A stretch of 63,666 nt of DNA, the filler included, from Reclinomonas americana ATCC 50394 (Eukaryota), in NCBI GenBank assembly GCA_048213135.1. It is 12 parts of 12 records of this genome, joined end to end, with 100 filler letters (N's around TTAATTAATTAA, not from the genome) between each part and the next. Parts side by side here need not be neighbours in the genome. Positions count along the whole stretch, not along the records: positions 48,863 to 59,883 come from AFZH01019541.1; positions 59,984 to 63,666 come from AFZH01019542.1; 10 more parts are not named here. One strand, 5' to 3'. Shown in pieces: positions 57,001 to 63,666 of the stretch (positions are counted from its first letter, which is position 1; every line of letters starts with the position of its first letter). The notes beneath the pieces are model-generated. The model saw nothing but the letters and a program-made list of their open reading frames with translations, did not search any database and had not been told where the DNA came from. The position numbers and the translations under genes were made by a program.

Positions 57001-59262
57001 CATGTGTTTGCGTGGGAGATGTGGGATGAGGAGAAGAGATTGACGGTGCAAGATGTGCAGCAGCATGTGCTGGCAGTGCGCCTTCTGAATGATCGACCAT
57101 CGTTGGTGGAGCAGATGGCCGAGGTGGTGCGAAGGTATCCCCGACTACAGGGCAGACTGTGGGAGGTGATTTGGTTGTCGTGTGAGGTAGATGAGGAGCG
57201 AGTGGTGACGGCAGCAGCGAATGCAGCGACGGTGCTGTGCGCAGCGCAAGTGTCGTTCAGTGGACGAGATCTGTCGGGTGTGCGAGTGAGGGGTGCGGAT
57301 TTGAGAGATGTGGTGATGCATGGAACAGTGTGGAGGGGAGCGGATTTGCGAGGGGTGAATCTGTGCATGGCATATGCGAGGGAGGCAGATTTCAGGCAGG
57401 CGGTTATGTCAGGTGTGAAGTGGCCGAAGGAGCCGATGAAGGGACCCAGTGAGTCGTTGGCTTGTAGCATAACGGTCACTCCCGATGGCCAGTACATTGT
57501 TTGTGGAGGAACAGACGGTACAGTGCAAGTGTGGTCACTGGCGAGTCATGTGAAAATGCCGCCGTTGGAGGGACATACAGTAGCGGTGCGCTCGATCGCT
57601 GTTTCTCCCGATGGACGGCATATTGTGAGTGGCAGTGATGACATGTCAGTGCGAGTGTGGTCACTGGCGAGTGGCGAGGAGGTACGACGACTTCAGGGAC
57701 ACACTCGTGGGGTGACTTCTCTCGCTGTCGCACCCGATGGACAGCACATCGTGAGTGGCAGTGGAGACAATTCGGTGCGAGTGTGGTTGCTTGCGAGCGG
57801 AAAGGAAGTTCGACTTCTTGAGGGTCATACTCACGCCGTGCTGTCCATTGCTATCACTCCCAACGGACTGCACATAGTCAGCGGAGGTGAGGACAGCACA
57901 GTGCGTATGTGGTCACTGGCGAATGGGAAGGAGCTGCAGCGTTTTGATGGACACGGAGGTAAAGTGATCTCTCTCGCTGTCACCCCCTGTAATGGATACA
58001 TTGTGAGCGGAAGCGACGACAAAACAGTGCGACTGTGGTCGCTGGCAAGCAGGGCGGAAGTGGGACGATTCGAGGGACATGCTGGAGGGGTGCGAGCTGT
58101 CGCTGTGGCTCCCGATGGTCAGCAGATCGTAAGTGGGAGTGAAGACATGACAGTGCGAGTGTGGTCGCTTGCGAATGGAGAAGAAATTCGTCGATTGGAA
58201 GGCCACACTGAGTCGGTGCTTTTTGTTGCCGTCACTCCCGGGCCCGATGGTGAGCGCATCGTGAGTAGCAGCAAGGACCAGTCAGTGCGAGTGTGGTCGA
58301 CGGCAACAGAGAGTGGCGAAGGAGTACGACGGTTGGGGGGGCATACCAACTCCGTCTCTTCCGTCGCTGTCACTCCGGATGGTCAGTTCATTGCGAGTGG
58401 GAGCTTCGACATGACTGTACGGTTGTGGCATTTCGCGAGTGGAGAAGTGGTGCGATGTTTTAAGGGTCACACTAGAGATGTGTGTTCTGTCGCAATCACT
58501 CCTGATGGTCAGCATGTTGTCAGCGGAAGCCGTGACACTACCGTGTGCCTGTGGTCTGTGGCCAGTGGAGAGGCACTCCGGCGATTAGAGGGACATGCGG
58601 GACGAGTATATTCGGTCGCCATTACTCCCGACAGAAAGTACATTGTGAGTGGGGGGGACGATTTGACCGTGCGCTTGTGGACTGTCGAGAGTGGAGAAGA
58701 AGTGCGACTGTTAGAGGGTTTTGTATGTGGATTGTGGTTTGCCACCATCACTCCTGACTGTGCTCATCTTGTTTGCGGGGATCATGACCGGACAATGCGA
58801 ATACTGTCGATTGCTAGTGGAGAAACGCGATGGTTGGAGGGACACACAGATGCTCTGTCATCTGTTGCTGTGACTCCAGACAGTAAGCACGTTGTCAGTG
58901 GCAGCAAGGACAACACGGTGCGAGTGTGGTCCATGACTACTGGCGAAGAAGTGCGGCGATTAGTTGGACACATCGATACCGACGGAGTACGGACCGTCTC
59001 CGTAACCCCCGACGGTCTGTTCGCCGTAAGTGGCAGCTATGACGACACGGTGCGAGTGTGGTCTCCCTCACGAAGAGAAGAACTGCGACTTGGAACGCGA
59101 TATGACCGCGCCAATTCTTCAGCTGGCACTGCCGTCACTGTCGATCATACCGTTCGAGTGTCCGGGAAGTCGATTTTCGTGTTTCAGCGACACAGAGAGG
59201 GAGAGCTGCTTGAGAGAATTTTTGGTTCATTTCACCCCAATTTTACCGACGCATTGTACTAA
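54062..59262 (+). CDS. NLR-like protein 2: Ubl(GG) - NLS - HEPN - NACHT - pentapeptide - WD40 (13 plus 1 degenerate repeats); complete model
   Basis: Phase-consistent exons 54062-54067, 54210-54487, 54593-54803, 54890-54942, 55016-55108, 55167-59262; RKGLVH 55588-55605; Walker A GNSGAGKT, Walker B LLLLDGYDEL. Confidence 0.88.
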
Positions 59263-59399
59263 GTTGTTAGATGCGCTTCGCTCATGTGTTGGGAAGAGTT
59301 TGCACACCTCTTGCATTTCTGACAAAAAGCTGTCGGGCGGCGGACAGAACCTGTCACATATTTCCGTCCCGCACCACCTCACTCTCTGTCTGTCTGTGA

Positions 59400-60000
59400 A
59401 TGACACGTGTCACCATCGCCGCACTGCTGCTCACGCTGCTCTTGCTGCTCGCCATCAGCGGTGAGTGAAAACAACAAACGCACTTAGTGTGTGTGTGTTC
59501 CGTTTTGCACGCACACACTGACGCAATCACTCACACACAGTGCGCGCCAACGAGGACGCACCAGCAGGAGAGGAGAGCGTGCAAGTGGAGAGTGAGAGTG
59601 GTGAGTTGGGGGGGCGGGGCGGAGAGAGTGAGTGGGAGGAAGACAAAGTGTGCAATGTCTGACTCGTTTGGTTTTTGTGTTGTTAGCGCCTGCTGGAGAC
59701 GTTAGTGAGGATCATGTGCTTGCGGGTGAGTGGGGGGAGGGAGAGAGGAGAGAGGGAAGAGAGGAGGGGAAGGAGTGATGTGATGAGTCAATGTGTGTTG
59801 AGATAAGCACGCACACACACATGCAGAGAGAGAGAGAGAGAGAGAGAGGAGGAGAGAGAGGAGGAGAGAGAGAGAGAGAGAGANNNNNNNNNNNNNNNNN
59901 NNNNNNNNNNNNNNNNNNNNNNNNNNNTTAATTAATTAANNNNNNNNNNNNNNNNNNNNNNNNNNNNNNNNNNNNNNNNNNNNCGCTCTCTCTCTCTCTC

Positions 60001-60038
<38 letters not shown>

Positions 60039-60365
60039 GCTCTCTGTCCTTCTCGCACTTCCACACACTAATTGTGATTCGTTGATCGTCTTGTTTTTCT
60101 CAATTCCTCACCCTTCCCCTCTTCCCTCTCTTCCCTACGGCAGGCCATGGAAGAAATCGACCGCCTCCGCGCCGAATCCCAGGCCGCCACCGCCCAATAT
60201 ATGGACAACAACAACGACGCGCACCGCATCAGCAACACCCAGACCTTCAACTCCGACTCTGACGACTTTTACAACCACCCCGACGTCAAGATTCATCGCG
60301 GTGGCCCCGGCGGCTCCAAGAAGAACAAGAAGCGCGGCGGCCGCGGGAGGAAGGACGAGCTGTGA
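59400..60365 (+). CDS. ER-lumenal hypothetical protein (signal peptide plus C-terminal KDEL), spans a gap
   Basis: First exon MTRVTIAALLLTLLLLLAIS|gtgagt; last exon ends GRKDEL*. Confidence 0.6.
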
Positions 60366-61101
60366 GCTGGTGAGAGAGAGGCCGGGTGGGAAAGGAGTGA
60401 GCGAGTGAGTGAGTGAGTGAGGGCAAAGCTGAAATGCAAGGTGACTTGAAATGTTTTGTGATTTTGGTGAAGAGAGGGGGGGTTCTCTTTGACGGAGACT
60501 CATGCTAGCCCCACTCTGCTTGTCCTTCACCTTCCTTCTCTTCGCCTCGTTGATTAGTTGCTGTCGCTCCCTTCACTCCTCATTTTGCCTCTTTGCGCCT
60601 TGCTCCATCCCACGTTCATTCATTCGTTTGCGTCAGAGATCGTGCCATTCTGAATCCTTTATCCCTTCCCCCGCTTTCGTTCCCCTCCACTCGCCGTTCC
60701 CTTCGCCTCGCAGAGACTCTCCCGCTCCTTTCTCGACCTCGCTCATCCTCAATTTCTTCTCACGCTCACTCTTTCTCCACTTTCTTGCTCTGCTTCACTC
60801 TCCTCTCCCCTGCACACCTCGCCCTATTCTCTCTTTGTCCCTTCCTCTCCATCCATCCACCCTTTCCACCATGAGCGCACTTTCATTTCTCTTCCTCTGT
60901 CCCTTCCGCTGTCTCTTGCCCTTTCCCATTTCCCGTTCCTCAATCTCTTCCTCTCCCACCCTTTCCACCATGAGCACACTTTCCTTTCCCTTCCTCTCTC
61001 CCTTTCCCTCTATCCCTCCCTCCCTCCCCCTCCCTCCACCCTTTCCCACCTTCGCGCAGTTTCATTTCCCTTCTCATCCCCTTTCCCCTTTATATCCCTT
61101 C

Positions 61102-62268
61102 TCACCACCCCCGCGCCCTCCACACCACCACCTGCGCCTCCTCCACCATGAAGCACCGCATCACCACCTCCACCAAACACCTCTCATTGTGCGGCACCGC
61201 GCCACCTGCGCGCCCCCACCTCGGCATCATCGCCTGCACCGCCTTGCGGGCCTGCTCGGCGGCCGCCAACTCCCTTCGCGCCAGCGCCAACTCACTGGCC
61301 CACATGGTGATGGCGCCGGCGGCGTCGCCTGCCACCACGTACTGCCCATCGGGCGTGACATTCAGCGTCTGGTAACGCGGCGACGGCGCCGCCTCCTCTT
61401 CTTCCTCCTCCTCCTCCTTGTCAAAGACGGGCGTCAACTCGTCTCCGGTCTCCAACGACCAGCGACGCACCGACCCGTCGCTGACGAGCGCACAGAACGA
61501 CCGGCCGTGCGGCGTCATGGCCAGCTTCAAGGCGCGCACCGGCCACCGGCGCACCCTCCGCCCGCTGCTCAGCGACCACATGCACACCTCCCGGTCGCTG
61601 TTGCTCAACGCGTGCTCGCCGTCGGGCGTCACCACCACGTCGTGCTTGACGTGCCGATCGCCTCCGTACGGCCTCCCCTCCTCGTCGGCATCGTGCAGTC
61701 GCCGCACGAGGCCACCCGTGGAGGCCGACAGCACATGCACCGTCGGCTGCCCGACACAGCGGACAAGCACGTACTTGCCATCCACAGTGGCCGCCAACGA
61801 ACTGACATACCACGTGCGACTCGAGGTCATTACGCGCTGCCCGCTGGCGACCGACATCATATGCACGCAATGGTCGGTGCATCCGAGCAGAACGCGCTGT
61901 CCGTCGGCCGCCATGCACATGGCGGCATCGAACACCAAATCCGTGCTCACGCCCAACTCGAACTCGCGCAGGATCTGTCCGCTCGCAAACGACCACACCA
62001 GCACCTTGGCGCCGGGTCGGAAGCTCCCGCCAATGACGCACTCGCCGTCGCTGGTGCAGGCGACGGCCACCACCGGCTTTTTGTGGCCGTGATAACGGCG
62101 CCACTCGAGGCCATAATTGGCTCCTGTCTGGAGAAGGGACCAGGCGCGCACGAGGGCGTCTTCGCCGCCAGAGAGAATGTATTGCGAGTCGGCAGTGATG
62201 GTGAGAGCGAGAATGGCGCCGGTGTGAGCATGGAACGTGGACGATGATGACTGCTCCGTAGAGGTCAT
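61102..62268 (-). CDS. Divergent WD40 protein H with conserved tail, intronless
   Basis: AHTGAILALTITADSQYILSGGED and GHKKPVVAVACTSDG; tail LALARRELAAAEQARKAVQAM..ERCLVEVVMRCFMVEEAQVVV. Confidence 0.85.
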   Translation of the reverse strand: MTSTEQSSSSTFHAHTGAILALTITADSQYILSGGEDALVRAWSLLQTGANYGLEWRRYHGHKKPVVAVACTSDGECVIGGSFRPGAKVLVWSFASGQILREFELGVSTDLVFDAAMCMAADGQRVLLGCTDHCVHMMSVASGQRVMTSSRTWYVSSLAATVDGKYVLVRCVGQPTVHVLSASTGGLVRRLHDADEEGRPYGGDRHVKHDVVVTPDGEHALSNSDREVCMWSLSSGRRVRRWPVRALKLAMTPHGRSFCALVSDGSVRRWSLETGDELTPVFDKEEEEEEEEAAPSPRYQTLNVTPDGQYVVAGDAAGAITMWASELALARRELAAAEQARKAVQAMMPRWGRAGGAVPHNERCLVEVVMRCFMVEEAQVVVWRARGW

Positions 62269-63134
62269 CAATCGGAATAAGAAGGGTCTTTTTTTGGGAC
62301 TTGATGTGGGACACGGGAGAAAAGGGGGAAGGGAGAAGGGAGGGAGGGGATAAGGGAAGGGGAGAGAGGGAAAGGGATGGGACTAAGAGGCGAAAGGTGT
62401 GAGTGCGAGGTGAGCTGCGACGTCGACGTCTGTTCGGTTTTGTATGTTGCTGGGGAAGAGGTGTTGCAGAACATGTAATTAATGTGGGAAACACGAAAGA
62501 GAGCAAGCGATTGAAAACGAACAGCTGCGGATGAGAAAGGACTGGAGGAGGTGACTGAGCGTGGAGAGAGAGGCATGCGCAAATATCAACACTCAGCAAT
62601 TTTGCAGAACAACTGGGGAAAGTAGGAGAGGAAAGAAAAGAAATGGCACCCAACGAGTTGAGCGAGGACCACAGACGAAGGCGGCAGGCGACAGGGAGAG
62701 GATGGGAAGAGGACATCTCCATGAGCAAGCGACAGAGGAAAGAATCGAGCTGCAGAAGAGGGCGAAAGATGCGAAGGATCATGAGAGACATGCAAATCTC
62801 AGCACTGAGTGAGCATAGTATTCGAGCAGAAAGCAGCCCATGGTGTGATAGGAAATGTGCTCGGGAGGTGACCGCGAGGAAATCTCAACAGCACGCGTAT
62901 TAGGAGGAGGAGAAGGAGGAGGAGAGAGAGAGAGAGAGCGCGCGAGAGAGAGAGGGAGAGAAGAGAAGAGAACAAGCAGTACTCCAGGAGAATAAGTGAG
63001 GACCACAGACGAAGGCGATAGGAAGGGGAGACAAACAAACTCTCAGCATCCAGCCTACTTGCAGTACAGCTGAGCAAAGAATCTTTCCTCTCGACTCTCC
63101 ATTCACAGAAGCACCTTGCTCATCGGCATGCCCT

Positions 63135-63450
63135 TCACTCAGACACCACAATTCGGCTGATGTAGTACATCGTCTGCAACGACTCGTGCCCAATGTCCAG
63201 TCCGCCGCACGTGGACTTCTCCAGCCGGTAATATCTGTGGGGAACGAGGGAGGGAGATGGAGAGGGAGAGGCAGAGACAGAGGCAGAGGCAGAGGCAGAG
63301 GCAGAGGCAGAGGCAGAGGCAGAGGGAGAGAGAGAGAGAGAGAGGGAGGGAGGGAGGTAGGGTGAGAAATGAGCTGCGCACTCAGCAACAACGTATTCGA
63401 TCGTGCGGCGAACCTGGTCTCCAAGAATTCCACCACCGTGCAAAAGTAGC
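63135..63450 (-). CDS. Probable last exons of a gene starting beyond the window
   Basis: Two GC-rich GT-AG-bounded segments; frame ambiguous. Confidence 0.3.
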
Positions 63451-63666
63451 TGCGAGCGACACAAGCATTGGAGTGAGATCAAGACGCGACTCATGAATAC
63501 TCTCACTCCCGTGCTCTTTCCTCTCTCATTCACTCTCCTCTGCCTCATTCACACGCATTCTCATCGTTTTATCTCTCCCCTATTCTTTTCCTTTCCCTGG
63601 CGTCTATCTATGTTCTTACTCTCACTCACTTTCATGGTTTCCTTCTTTCTTTTTCTCACTCACTCT

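Overview
This is eukaryotic (probably protist) genomic scaffold DNA: GC-rich exons, short GT-AG introns, CT/AG-microsatellite-rich non-coding DNA, and 11 artificial 100-bp N44-TTAATTAATTAA-N44 gap linkers. Several genes continue across these gaps, so the pieces are probably in true order. The window looks like an immune/ubiquitin-system island. (1) Two paralogous NLR-like genes have the inferred architecture Ubl - HEPN(Rx4H) - NACHT - pentapeptide - WD40; a bipartite NLS is seen in one copy only. (2) A related HEPN domain is fused to a Pro-rich linker and 4 TM helices. (3) A tandem array of six intronless WD40 genes/pseudogenes shows hypervariable, mosaic repeats; these and three dispersed WD40 genes share an unannotated C-terminal two-helix tail. 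(4) One gene encodes a five-domain 2OG-oxygenase-like/F-box/LRR/Ubl/UEV protein. (5) Two RING-TRAF paralogues have different C-termini (TLDc versus RBR RING2), and there is a RING-H2 gene. Ordinary genes include TOM1/GPR137-like, BCS1-like AAA, ARL16-like, a small GTPase, an ankyrin protein and a KDEL protein. All gene models and domain calls were made by eye from motifs and splice-phase consistency; no searches were run.
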